Of a stretch of 49,528 nt of DNA, positions 1-10,916 are shown piece after piece. The DNA comes from Nemertoderma westbladi (Eukaryota > Animalia > Xenacoelomorpha). Where the stretch lies: positions 1 to 49,528 of the forward strand of contig JAUCBJ010005618.1 in the NCBI GenBank assembly GCA_032718475.1. The letters are read 5' to 3'. The notes below the pieces were generated by a model. The model was not told where the DNA came from, made no database searches, and worked only from the letters and a program-made list of their open reading frames with translations. Position numbers and translations under genes: made by a program. How positions within the stretch are numbered: position 1 is the first letter of the stretch; each line of letters opens with the position of its first letter.

Positions 1-887
1 AGAGAATTTCCGAGAAATGACGCAATGCCTATGTGCAGTGTTTACATTCAGTCTTGAGCCAAAGAAAGAACGGCTTGGAAGTATTTTTGTGCTGTACTGC
101 TTTTTAGTCGTACACTAGTAGGTTTAATTATAAAGGGCATATATCCTTTAACTGTAAATATCTCACTGCTGACATACCGGTACTGACGTACCGATCTACC
201 TAACTGATTTGTTGTTTTATACTGCTATTTGCTGTCAGTTCTTCATAATATGGTTGATGAATAATTATATTTGGAATAACGATAAATAACCCCGCAACCC
301 AATATTCTTGATATACCTAAGGTAAGAGAGAAAGGTTACCAATAACGATTGTGACTTATGTTAAAGTGGTTTGAAGTGAATCTAATGTTATTTGATAGAC
401 CCTACATGAGTCAGCCTGTGTTCCTTTTATATGTGACTAAAATCAGTGAAGATTGGCAGATTAGTGTGCAGTATTGTGCAGCATAGTGTATGAGTGAGTC
501 TGTTAAAGAAGCAATTCCTAAAGAATGCGCCATATATGTGGATTATAATTAAGCCATATCGTTGCGAGTAGTTTAAGTCATAACTCTGTTTATGTAGATA
601 AAGCGCCACGTCCTAAAGGAACTGTTAATATTACCGAAGGTGAATAATATTGTCAGAGATTATATAATACTGTCAGTCGAATAATACATTAGGCTTACAT
701 AGCAATAAAAAATTAAACCGTCGAACCCAATCTCCCGGGAATTTCCAGCGGGTGAATGGTCGCGCACGGATTGGTTTCGACTAGTGTAGTGAATCAAATA
801 CTTGTCATAGACTAAAAAGCAGATTTATTATCTAGAAGACATTCTAATTTGGCGGGTTAAACTGCCAAAGGTCTGAAAGCGCGAACA
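1..887. mobile_element. LTR (solo or 3' LTR, cut by the window edge), related to the solo LTR at 14076-15324
   Basis: Colinear similarity to about 14400-15324 (shared blocks tcataactctgttt, gcgccacgtcctaaaggaactgttaatatt, gggtgaatggtcgcgca, gcgggttaaactg). Both copies end in gcgcgaaca. No PBS or PPT next to 887, and it interrupts a minus-strand reading frame. Confidence 0.8.
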
Positions 888-1415
888 GATGTCAATGGGT
901 AAACACTCCATTTTACACAATTTCTTTAAGGCTCTTTCATCCACGCCGAATAAATCGCACTCGTATCCTCCATACATGAAACGCGTGTAACTATGTTTAG
1001 GGCAGCGTTCACGGGGGTGATTAACCGGTCGGCCCCATCGTGCATGGTCATCATGGTTTACTTGTTGGTTAGGGTGTGGACAGGGTCACAGTAATACCAT
1101 AATTTAAAGTCCTGGCGACTTACATGTGGAGATCGGGAACCAGTCTTACAATACTCCTCCATGGCGTCGAAACAATCCGGCAACACGGGTAAAGGTCTAG
1201 CCGCGGTGAGGTACATCATCGTATGGTACAAACGCTTGAGTTCCACTATTGGATCAGGGTGGATGCCTTTGGGGTAATGAGTTCGCAGATTTTGATTTTG
1301 AGTTCAAATACGTTTCTCTGAGGAAGTTAATTAAATCCTCAAATCTAGCTGTGTTGTCACTTGCTTCCGCATTGTTCGTTGACATATTGTCCCGAATCGC
1401 ATCTTCCTTATCCAT
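888..1415 (-). pseudogene. Frameshifted ORF of unknown function downstream of BEL pol, interrupted by the LTR at 1-887
   Basis: Successive minus frames read MDKEDAIRDN...QRHPP, then ...ELKRLYHTMMYL...WYYCDPVHTLTN, then QVNHDDHARWGRPVNHPRERCPKH...LPIDI, which stays open up to the LTR edge. Confidence 0.4.
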
Positions 1416-2784
1416 CTGGGTGGTATTCTCTCATTGCTTTCATACATGATAGCACCACATTTCCATATCTTGTTGCTCATGAACGTCTTCGGAGTATATG
1501 AGGTCGCTTCGATCCCCAGCCCAACACGGACCCAAGCTGCCCCTGGCCACGGTAGTGCCGCTATGCCTATCCCCTATCCAACAGGTGTGGAAGAACGGGT
1601 GGAAGACGAAGCGGCTAACGTGCAGGAAAAGCTCGAGGCCGGTCTCTCCAAGGGCTATTCATCGGGGTATATCGACTCTTGTAGTGCAACTGAAATAAGT
1701 CTGCAATAGGGTTTCGGTTCGCTACAGTAAACACACGGAGAATAGCTGTTATTCATACTATCGTTTAAACTAACACACCCAATGCTACAACACGCACAAA
1801 TGTCCGTTACAAACTTACTATTTCCCGAATGTTGATATTTTGAATTTCCATGGTTACTCTTTAAATAAATTTAAAGGTATTAATTTTCAGAAAAATATAC
1901 GATAAAACTCTAGAACTTTAATAAAAGGGTTGCGCGAGCGACACACCAGCATCCCAATGTTTAAATTAGTTATTAATTTATCAAGGATCAACATTCGGTA
2001 AATATAGCGGTGGAATAGGGTATTGCTCATTCACACAGTTCTGGGTCTACTGTGATATTATTACGTCTTTGTTGGTTGTATTATTTAAATTATTTACTGG
2101 GTTGTGGTTTTTGTCTGTATAGTATTGGTGTTTATACTATTGTCATATTAATTTCGTGATTAAAGGGTTGGTGGTATGAAGCCATTAATGAATAATATAA
2201 ATGTAGATTTACACAATCTAGTGACTTAAACTAGGTTTACTCATCCCTTGGGAAAGAGCCACTAAGTGGACTGCGACCATTCACGTAATGCTTATTATTA
2301 CAGTGACTTGAATGGATTTATATGAATATGATATTGTATTAATCAATATCAAGCTATGTTGGTTCTTGTAGTTTCAATTTTAATTATTGACATCTGCTAT
2401 TGTTAATAATTGACATATCTTACTGTACTCTGGCAATTGACAAGAAGTGGTAGTAATAATTAAGACTCTGCATTCAAGTGTTATTGGGCCGTCATAATAC
2501 AGCAAGACCAAGGTTTGTTATTATCATGCATCATGTTTAATAATGAATTATTATGACTAGTGTAGTTTATTATAATTTTATTTGTTACTCCCTTATGTAC
2601 TCGGGGTATACAAGAAGTGGCAGGCCGTCTCCAGAATTTACCCAGAGTTTGGTTTAACCGAAATAAAGGATATGGATTCCGCATTCAATTGTATTATCAC
2701 CGTCATCATATAATTAGTAAGGGTTTTTGTTGGCTGGCATCATGTTTAATAATGACTTATCGCAACATGTTGTCAAGAGTTGGG

Positions 2785-2998
2785 CTCAGGTTTCATGCGT
2801 CGTGTGTATAACGACTAGAATGTTCTAGAACTGAGATCAAGTTTCATGCAATGTGTATAAAACAGTTTATCATGAAACATCCCACAGTCCTATTGTTTAT
2901 GTCAGTTTATTCGCAATTGTTCTAGAACTATAAGCTCAAGTTTCATGCACCGTGTATAAAACGATTTATCATGAAACATCCCATAGTCCTATTGTTAT
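2785..2998. repeat. Degenerate direct repeats in the BEL 3' region
   Basis: Three copies of tca(a/g)gtttcatgc..gtgt and two of tttatcatgaaacatccca.agtcctattgtt. Confidence 0.65.
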
Positions 2999-3045
2999 TT
3001 GGGGATATAAGCAATGTAAGAATAAATTACGTTAGCCTGTCAAGC

Positions 3046-3573
3046 TGAATATATGGCATATTTTAAAAATGTATGGTGTCAGTGGTTAACGACGCAACAT
3101 AACCCGTTCCCACGCTTGAGTGTGATATGCAGCGCACACAAATGTTTCAAGGGAGTTAACTATTCAAATAAAAAATATGTCAAGTCTGTTGGGTTGACTT
3201 CTTGCTTGCCGTAGTTGCCAGATTCTTCGCGTGCCATTTCTAGCAGGCAGAGGCAGCCTATAGGACAATTGAGTCTCTGGGGGAGGAAGTTTAGCTTGCC
3301 CTTTTCCCTGAATATATGGCATATTTTTAGAAACGGATAGGCTCAGTGGTTAACGACGCAGCATAACCCGTTCCCACGCTTGAGTGTGATATGCAGTGCA
3401 CTCAAACGTTTCAAGGGAGTTAACTATTCCAATAAAAAATATGTCAAGTCTGTTGGCTTGACTTCTTGCTTACCGTAGTTGCCAGATTCTTCGCGTGCCA
3501 TTTCTAGCAGGCAGAGGCGGCCTATAGGACGATTGAGTCTCTGGGGGATGAAGTTTAGTTTGCCCTTTACCCT
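3046..3573. repeat. About 263-bp tandem duplication covering the end of BEL pol and its 3' UTR
   Basis: 3046-3309 and 3310-3573 are colinear from gaatatatggcatatttt to gcccttt.ccct with scattered substitutions. Confidence 0.9.
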
Positions 3574-3714
3574 CAGCACTACTAGATCCACTGATCTTAC
3601 CAGGCCATCCGCGCTGACGTGTGTTTCTACTATGCGCGCTGTCTGCCAATATTTCCGCAGGAGATCAGGATCCACTACTAATACCATGTCTCCTATTCTG
3701 GAGTTGTCTTTCAT
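3424..3714 (-). pseudogene. BEL pol C-terminal (DUF5641-like) fragment
   Basis: GDMVLVVD...W..ARIVETHVSADGLVRSV...LNRPIGRLCLLE is the typical BEL pol terminus. Confidence 0.85.
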
Positions 3715-3943
3715 GGAAAATCATTTGTTCCTGAGATGTATGCTGGGAAGATAAACTCACTCAAAGTGGTTTGCAAATCGGCTTGACAGCATTTGAGTCA
3801 TCTTCCAGGTCTGTCGCCATAACTCGTCACCATTCTCAGGTGTTGAGACTGGTAACAATACTACTTTCTTTTTTATCAGAAAGTGGGCTGGTGTGAGGGC
3901 CTATAGTGCTTTGGGGCTGGTTGAAACGGGCATGAGGGGTCGA

Positions 3944-4612
3944 CTATTCAGGTAAGCAGTGACTTCCTCTAAGATAGTACATGAGTATCTCGTCTGTAAG
4001 GTAAGTCTTGCAGGGTAGTATATGGTGGAAAGCTACCTTTACACTACGAATCAATCTTTCCCAGCTCCCGCCCCACCAGGGTGTATTTGGGGCATTAAAG
4101 GTCCAGCTGGAAGCGGAAACCTTCAACAGTTCATCAACTCGTTCCTGGTTACACTGTTCTATAGTGTGTGTTATCTCATTGTTTGCCCCTAAAAAGTTAG
4201 TCCCTTTATCTGGCTTCATTGTTTTGCAGGTGCCGTATCTACTGATTTGTCTATGTAAGCACAGGAAAAAGCTGTTCATGGAGATGTCATTAACCATGTC
4301 CAGCTGTACAGCGCGGCATGTCATGCAGATGAAGATAACGCACCATCTTTTAACCATGGTTTGACCCCTCTTGACTTCTATTGGTCCAAATAAGTCTACA
4401 CCCGTGTGTGTGTAGGGGGGCTCGTAGCAGCTAACGCATACCTTAGGTAAGGGAGCTTCTAACCGAGTCATGGGTTGGCAATACAGTTTCTTACAGAGTA
4501 AACAGCTGCGCAGAACTTTATTTAAGGCTTTCCTGGGTTTTACAAAGTAATACCTAGTGCGTACTTCACTAAGTATGTGTTCTCTCCCGGCGTGCAATAC
4601 CTGATTGTGCAC
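3944..4612 (-). pseudogene. BEL integrase fragment
   Basis: HHCC zinc finger (H..LHAG...CLLC), TGVDLFGP, FICMTCRAVQL, DKGTNF, PWWGGSWERLIRSVK. Confidence 0.9.
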
Positions 4613-4986
4613 ATCCTGTATTATCTTTCATTGTGTGGCGGGATCGTAGATAATAATAGGAAATATCGTGTTGCAGGAAAGGGGGGTGTTTGTGAGTCTA
4701 CACCCCACTCTGATTAGGCCGTCGAACATCACACTGGAGAATTTATCATTCGACTGTGTAGCGGGGTGCTTAAGGTGATATTCGTATGTTGGAGCCTTTT
4801 CTTGCATTTGGAGTAGCTGCCGGTTGTTATAGTCGACTTTGTGCTCCAATAATCTACCTTGTGTGATTTTGTTTTTATTACAGCGGTAGTACACGTAACA
4901 CTTCAGTATGGTAATGGCACGACAAAGTGTATGCCAGGAACTATAGTGATCCATGGCCCTGCTAATAATCGGTGAAAGACCGTCAG

Positions 4987-6549
4987 TCAAGACGGGAAAA
5001 GCGAGGGTAATGAGGGCTTTACTGTCTGGGGTGCTCTGTGGGTCACACTTTCGCGCACATGCAGTGAAGATATGTCGATGTTTTTGAATAGCTTCGATTT
5101 GGACGCCTTGTTCTTAGACTTAGCGATTTCCACACCCTTCACTTGCTGTCTTATCTCTGCAGCCATTAAATTCTGGGGCCAACTATCTTTGATGCCTTGC
5201 AAAAAGGCAGGTCCTTGCAACCAACACTTATTATCTATCAGTTCCTGAGGGGTGGCGCCTCGAGAAGCAATGTTGGCTGGATTTAACAATACAGGGCAGT
5301 GTCTCCACTGTTTGATGTCAGAGTCCTTTAGGATCCGCACTACACGGTTTGTCACATACACGCTGAATTGGCATGTCATGTTGGTCAGATATTCTAAAAC
5401 TAACGCACCGTCTGTCCAGTAAACTGTCCGTACTACTGTATAGTCTGTCTGTGCCAACACGTTCTTAGCAATGATGATAGCATATATGGCTGCCTTAAGT
5501 TCGGCTCTGGGTATAGTCAAAGTGTCTTTGGTTTTAGCAATTGGTCTTATAAGAGCCTTCGAGGCAACTAAAGCTACTGTGATACCATCTGGGGTTTCGC
5601 ATCTAAAGTAAGCTACAATCCCGACGCCTTTGTCTCTCGCATCACCGAATACATGGAGTTCATAGGTCTGCAGGGAGTCTACATTTGGGAAATATGCTCT
5701 GAGTAGGGAAAACTTCTCCAAGTCAGGCAAGGACTGTTCCCATTGCCACCAGTCTTCCAATAGTGTCTCTGTCAAGGGGTCGTTCCAACTGTCATTCTCC
5801 TTCCATATTTGTTGAACGAGATCTTGAGCCATTAAAATAACTGGACTGATAAATCCGAGAGGGTCAAAAAAAGTGCTAAGTATGCGGAGGCAAATGTCTT
5901 TGGTTTGAGTTTCGCCCTTTCTTAACTTGACTTTGAATACCATAGTATCGCTTTCTGTAAGCCAACAAAGCCCTAACGTCTTAGACTCTAGCAGGTCGTC
6001 CTTGTTTAAGTCTAGGTTGGTATCGCCACGCTCTGCGGGGGGTATGGCCTTTAGAAACTCGCGGGAATTGCTAGTGAATTTCGTCTGGCAAAATCCTCCA
6101 AGTTTCAGGCAGTTTACTTTCCCTTGAGCAATGTCTATGGCTTCCTTGACTGTCGGGGCTGATTTCAAGTTATCGTCCATGTAAATATCCCTTTTGATAT
6201 TGTCTATGACGGGTGGTGGAAATTCATCACGATGGTCATCAGCTGTTCGATGTAGCACTGAACATGAGTTTGATGGGCTGGAAATGATACCGAAAGCTTG
6301 AATGGTCATGTGATACTCTACTGAATCAGAATTTTAGTCTCCTTCTGTCCACCACAAGAAATGCATGCTGTCCCAATTAATGTCTAAAGCTTTCACTTGC
6401 AGGAACATACCCTCTATATCTGAAGCGAAGGCAACGGAATATTGTCGCATACGCATTAATATTCCGGGTAGAGACTGCAACAAGTTGGGTCCAGGTAGTA
6501 GTTCCGAGTTAATGGATTGTCCTTGGTACTTAGCTGAACCGTCAAACAC
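4987..6549 (-). pseudogene. BEL reverse transcriptase and RNase H fragments
   Basis: FDGSAK...SINSELLPGPNL, SDIEGMFLQV, FGIISSP, YMDD, FDPLGFISP, LHVFGDA, TIPRAELKAA, YWTD, NPANIASRG. Confidence 0.9.
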
Positions 6550-7334
6550 TACCCTAATACATCCTGGTTTGTCTTCCCGTTTGACGTAATGGTGAGTAAA
6601 GTAGTATGTCCGTATTGTCCGTGTGTCCGTATCTTGGGGGTGTCTGGTGGGACCAGTTCCGAATATCCCTTGCTTATAAACTTGGTAATTTGCTCCTTAT
6701 ATAACCCATGTGCTGTCGGGTTGGCGGTGAGACGCCTTTCCAGTTGTAAAATGCGTTTATGCGCGAGTGTCTCGTTATTAAATAGTTTGGGTTAGGGGGA
6801 CTGCCAGAGAAGCCCCACTTCGTATTTGCCTTGTTCCGGCAAAAACCTGGTGGTGGTTCTCTGAATCTGTTATGCTCGCTCCTCCTCCACTGACAATGCC
6901 TTGTCATTGGAGTTTTGCGCAAGTATCTCCTGCTGCATCCAGGTATGCTCTTCTAGCTTTAAAATACGCCTGGCTTCCTCGACTTCGCTCAGTTCTTGCT
7001 GCAGGTTGGGAGGTGCGTGCAGTAAATTGCACAACTCTAGCTGGGTGCTAAGCAATTCTTGGTCGGTCATTGGGGACACAATGTCGGGTTCGCTGTACCT
7101 AGTAAGGAAACAGTTTTGGTCTGAGGACAGGGGTGCGTCACTATCACTGTCAGTTTGGTCAGGGGTAGTCAAGACATCCTCTTCTGTCTCTATGATCTCA
7201 TTGCAAAGTTGGGTCACTAAATTGCAAGTGTCGGTGTCTGTACTTGTCGGTCCTTTTCGTTCTAATAGAGTTTTCCGGGAAGTCCCGGTACAGAACCATC
7301 CCACTCTCGTCCGACAGGTGTAGGCTGACATTGG

Positions 7335-8591
7335 TTATGGATGTGTGGGTCGTTTCTCCATAATTTCTAAGGCCTCGGGTACATTTTGGCCTTTCAACAT
7401 CTGTACGCCTGGGTAGTCTGGGGTGAAACGGCGAATGTCATGATTATGTACAAGGTTGTCGTCATCCCAGTCGTAGGCCTTGGCCTGACTTTTGGCAAAA
7501 TTCCGGATGACGACCATCTTGATGTTAGAGACCCTGTCCTGACCACTGGTATCTTGCGGGGTGGACAGGGACGCCTTATAGTACTTTGTCTCAATGGTAG
7601 ATTGCCAACATTTCATTATACCAGATAATGTTAGTTTCATGTCATGGCCCTGTTCTCTGGCGAACAAGGATTCTGCTAACTCTGCGTCTATGAAGGTGCC
7701 CGTACTTCCTGTCTCCATCAAGGCATTTACCACAACACTACTACTTCCTGCGTGGAGCCGGACTTGGAGCACCGGAAACTCTCTGACTCCAGCATCCTGA
7801 AATGGCCGGGTGTTGGGATTGTTCTCAATTTTGAGACAATCTTCTGATGCGGATTCCTCATAGGTAAAGGCTTCATACACACTGACATGGTTACAACATT
7901 CATCGTCGTCTGTAAACTCTCCAGGGTAGAATGCATCCGGTCCTTCATTGGATGAGTCTGTCTCATAATCGGTGAAATGTACACGTTGGTCTATTTCTCC
8001 TTTTGGGGCTTGGTCTAGGTGTAGAAAGGGATGATGGGAGCCTTGACACACCAGACACGTTTTCGTGTTTATTAGTCTACACTTACATCGCAAATGTCCT
8101 GGTCTAAGACACAAGAAGCATGTCGATAAGTCCAAGACCGTCTGTCGCCTCTCCTTTAGTGTCTTTTTTAAGAAGGTGTTGCATTTCGCAAGTGGATGTG
8201 TGTCTATTTTACAAAGAGGGCACTTAAGGTTGGTGGTGCCGGCTGTGATTGTATTATAGGTCTTTGTGGTCGTCTTACAGTTATCCACATATGCCTTCTT
8301 GGGGGTACTATTAGCCTTGGAAGGAGGTGTCATCCTATTTGGTTTGCCTTGGCTGCTATATTTATTCTCACTTCTGGGATTTACGTCACCGTAATATATG
8401 CTTTCACAGCCCTTTGTATCCAAACTAGAGTAATCAGAGGGACACTCTTCATAATTGGTGACATATGCGTATCGCTTCTTGGTTGCTGTCTTATCAGTGT
8501 TCTTTGTGTCTGAGCGGGTGCTTCTTTCCCGGTTTACTGTGATAAGATACGTGGAGGTCTCGGCCTTCAGGAAACTTCTAAATGAGTCCAT
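7335..8591 (-). pseudogene. BEL Gag zinc knuckles and aspartic protease fragment
   Basis: Three Cys/His boxes (CPLC..H..C, CFLC..GH..C, CLVC..HH.FLH). The protease motif is ALMETGS, with the catalytic D changed to E. Confidence 0.85.
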
Positions 8592-9135
8592 TAGATGCCA
8601 ACCTCGTTAGTGGCCCCGACCTAAGCTAGTTGGAGTCGCTTAGAGGCTGATGAGAAGAAAGGAGGTTCTCAGCTATTGAAATCACTGGTGAAAAAGTTGA
8701 AATAAGGTTGAGAAAGGTTGAGATTTGGATATTCTAGTACATTTTGTTTGTGTGTCTATGTATTTATTGAATTAGACACTATATTCCTGGATATTATTAT
8801 GTTAATAATTATATTAAAATATGTCTTGGACTGCAAAGCGACTAACGTATTAATACCCAGTATTTTTGTGCTACTACTTTTTCTCTCTAAAACCTATGTA
8901 TTATATTCAGTTAAGTATTCTTCTCTACTAGTTAGGCCTATATATTTTTACGTAATGTAATATATTTAGCTATTTCTCGTTTAAATATTAATTTACGGAT
9001 AATATGTATTTTCCTAATTTGTTTGAATATCTATTTTAATTAAAAAATTGTTGAATCCAACCAATGTATATTGTTGTTTTTAATAATAATAATTTTGTGA
9101 CAATAAGTCATGTAGTTCTTAGAACTCTTACTTAC

Positions 9136-9290
9136 GAAAATATTGCACGAGGTAACGTCTTAGGTAGTGTTAGGCTCTGTTTTATAGGTTCAAGTTCATA
9201 TTCTACTATCATCCTGAAACACCTGGTTAAGTAGAGACAGATTGCAACATAGTAGAGAAACGGAAATATCCAAAACATGTCAGAAATGAT
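9136..9290 (-). CDS. Gustatory receptor-like gene A, exon 2
   Basis: Acceptor tttctttcgtttgcag and donor gtaagt flank a 155-nt open exon, IISDMFWIFPFLYYVAICLYLTRCFRMIVEYELEPIKQSLTLPKTLPRAIF+tc. Its phase-0 start matches the exon 1 end, and its phase-2 end matches the phase of the exon-3 acceptor in paralog B. Confidence 0.8.
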
Positions 9291-9449
9291 CTGCAAACGA
9301 AAGAAATTTTTAATTACCAGTTATGAGAATATAGTGAGAAAATAAATCAGTAATGCTATGAGATTGCTATGAAATAATTCCAATATTATCTTATTAAAAT
9401 TATATCTTAAAATATTAAAGATATTACTCAAAAACAAAATAAGAAAGCT

Positions 9450-9575
9450 AGGGGGGGGGGGGGGGGGGGGGTGTGTATGTTAGTCTGTTTCATTGGGGAG
9501 GGGGGGGGGGGGGTGTGTGTGTGAGTTAGTCTGTTTCATTGGGGAGGGGGGGGGGGGGTGTATATGTTAGTCTGC
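9450..9575. repeat. Three G-run/gttagtctg repeats at the 3' end of the CRE fragment
   Basis: (G)n gtgt..gttagtctg(tttcatt) repeated three times. Confidence 0.75.
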
Positions 9576-9595
9576 TCCGTCGGGTGGGTGGGGTA

Positions 9596-9862
9596 TTAGG
9601 GACAACAGACCACCTCGTGGAGTCCCTCGTTGTTACTGAGTGGGGGGTCCACAGTTCCCATAATGGAGGCCGCATTGCCGACCAGGATGGCGATTGCGAG
9701 CCTTTGCAGGAGGAAGCAGTGAGATCGGGGCTCCTGGGTAAAAGAGTGGAATCTTATCTTGCCCCGATCTCCTTCAGGAACTCGGATGTTTCAGGTCCGG
9801 GGCAGCCCAAGATCTCGTCGGCTACCGGGTGGAAGAGGTATCCCCGGTCATGGACTTCTAGA
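9596..9862 (-). mobile_element. 3'-terminal fragment of a CRE-like (RLE-type) non-LTR retrotransposon
   Basis: Minus translation with one frameshift: GYLFHPVADEILGCPGPETSEFLKEIG / QEPRSHCFLLQRLAIAILVGNAASIMGT, the characteristic C-terminus of the restriction-like endonuclease region. Confidence 0.8.
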
Positions 9863-10080
9863 ATATTAATTTATACCAGGACTGGAAACTGTTTATTCGG
9901 AAATACCAGTTGAGGCCTACTTTCTGATTTTTGCTAGCCAGTTATTTATTTTAGGAATCATCATATCTAAACCGCTACCATTTGAGTTTTTCTAACGGAT
10001 TTTAATAATTTATGTAGTATTAGATGCGCAGATTTCTCAGCTTTACTAATGTATGTATATAAAATAATCATTATATCTGT

Positions 10081-10145
10081 TAATAATAATAATAATAACA
10101 ATTTATATAGCGCCAAATTTACTTACAAATACTCTAAGGCGCAGA
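10081..10145 (-). mobile_element. L2-type LINE/SINE 3' tail remnant
   Basis: Minus strand gcgccttagag...ggcgctatataaat followed by (tat)n, the usual L2 3' stem-loop and tail. Confidence 0.6.
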
Positions 10146-10214
10146 AACAACAGTATTGTTCACATTACGTAGTCAAACAACTTAGAATAAAATAAACTAT
10201 ATCTAAAATTTTGT

Positions 10215-10370
10215 AAACCCCTACTTTCGGGTAGCAGATAGGAGTAGCGCCAACCCCTACCTTCGGGTAGCAGATAGGAGTAGCGCCCACCCCTACCTTC
10301 GGGTAGCAGCTAACGAAAGAGAAGCATTCGGGTCGCCTCCGGCCTCGGCCGACTGTTTGATTTGCTTTGA
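10215..10370 (+). mobile_element. SINE-like 3' fragment with triplicated UUCG hairpin
   Basis: Three copies of ccctac(c)ttcgggtagcag, then ctaacgaaagagaagcattcgggtcgcc. From memory it resembles the 3' part of cephalopod OK-type/RTE-mobilised SINEs; unverified. Confidence 0.5.
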
Positions 10371-10645
10371 TAATAAATTATGCTCTGGTCTATAAGTAGG
10401 AGTAAGTTGTGATAAATAATGTAATTCATAAATGAATTATCTTAAAATCCAAAAATGTAAGAAAGACATTTACTGTATGCGTATCCAAAAAATGTGTACG
10501 AACAGAGAGGATAGTGTCAGCACTGTGTTGTCCCCCCCCCCCCCCCCCCCCCTCCAACACAAATAATTTATACGCCAGCTCATGTCAGACATTTGAATAT
10601 CAAAATTCTTTGTGACAGTGCTTTAGAAACGACCAACTAAATCCC

Positions 10646-10800
10646 CTACAGTACATATTGATGTTTATTTGCGCAGATCTCTGGCGTATCTGTCCGGTTC
10701 TTTAGTGGCAAGATGATCTCAATTATATTAGTAAATAGTTGCTTAGAATTGGCATCTCTGAACACCTTATACTTGAAATAATTATATTCATTTGTTATAA
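10646..10800 (-). pseudogene. Probable distal part of the P-element transposase relic, split off by Academ
   Basis: Lies just beyond the Academ TSD. Open minus frame ITNEYNYFKYKVFRDANSKQLFTNIIEIILP...; assignment is by position only. Confidence 0.4.
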
Positions 10801-10916
10801 TACTAGTCAGGTAGACAGAGGGGTCCACCGTAACTTTGGGTCATCACGCATTTTTATTTGCTTAAACTTTAGTCGGACCTTAGAGTAATCAAAATCCGTC
10901 GGGTGCCACTCTTCGG

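Larger units (their letters stand above)
3046..8600 (-). mobile_element. BEL/Pao LTR retrotransposon, decayed and 5'-truncated
   Basis: Gag-PR-RT-RNaseH-IN order with Pao-type motifs, broken by many stops and frameshifts. No 5' LTR or Gag N-terminus is visible. The 3' region probably extends down to about 888. Confidence 0.93.

Noticed and set aside
1-887. 3' LTR of the minus-strand BEL element
   Set aside because: No polypurine tract at the junction, and it interrupts an open frame, so it looks like a separate insertion.
2378-2430. GRL-A exon 3 (minus strand YSKICQLLTIAD resembles YEYLATMVKDAD)
   Set aside because: No phase-2 acceptor, and a stop follows three codons later.
8645-8685. Hammerhead ribozyme at ctgatga
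   Set aside because: GAAA does not follow stem II, and stems I and III cannot be formed.
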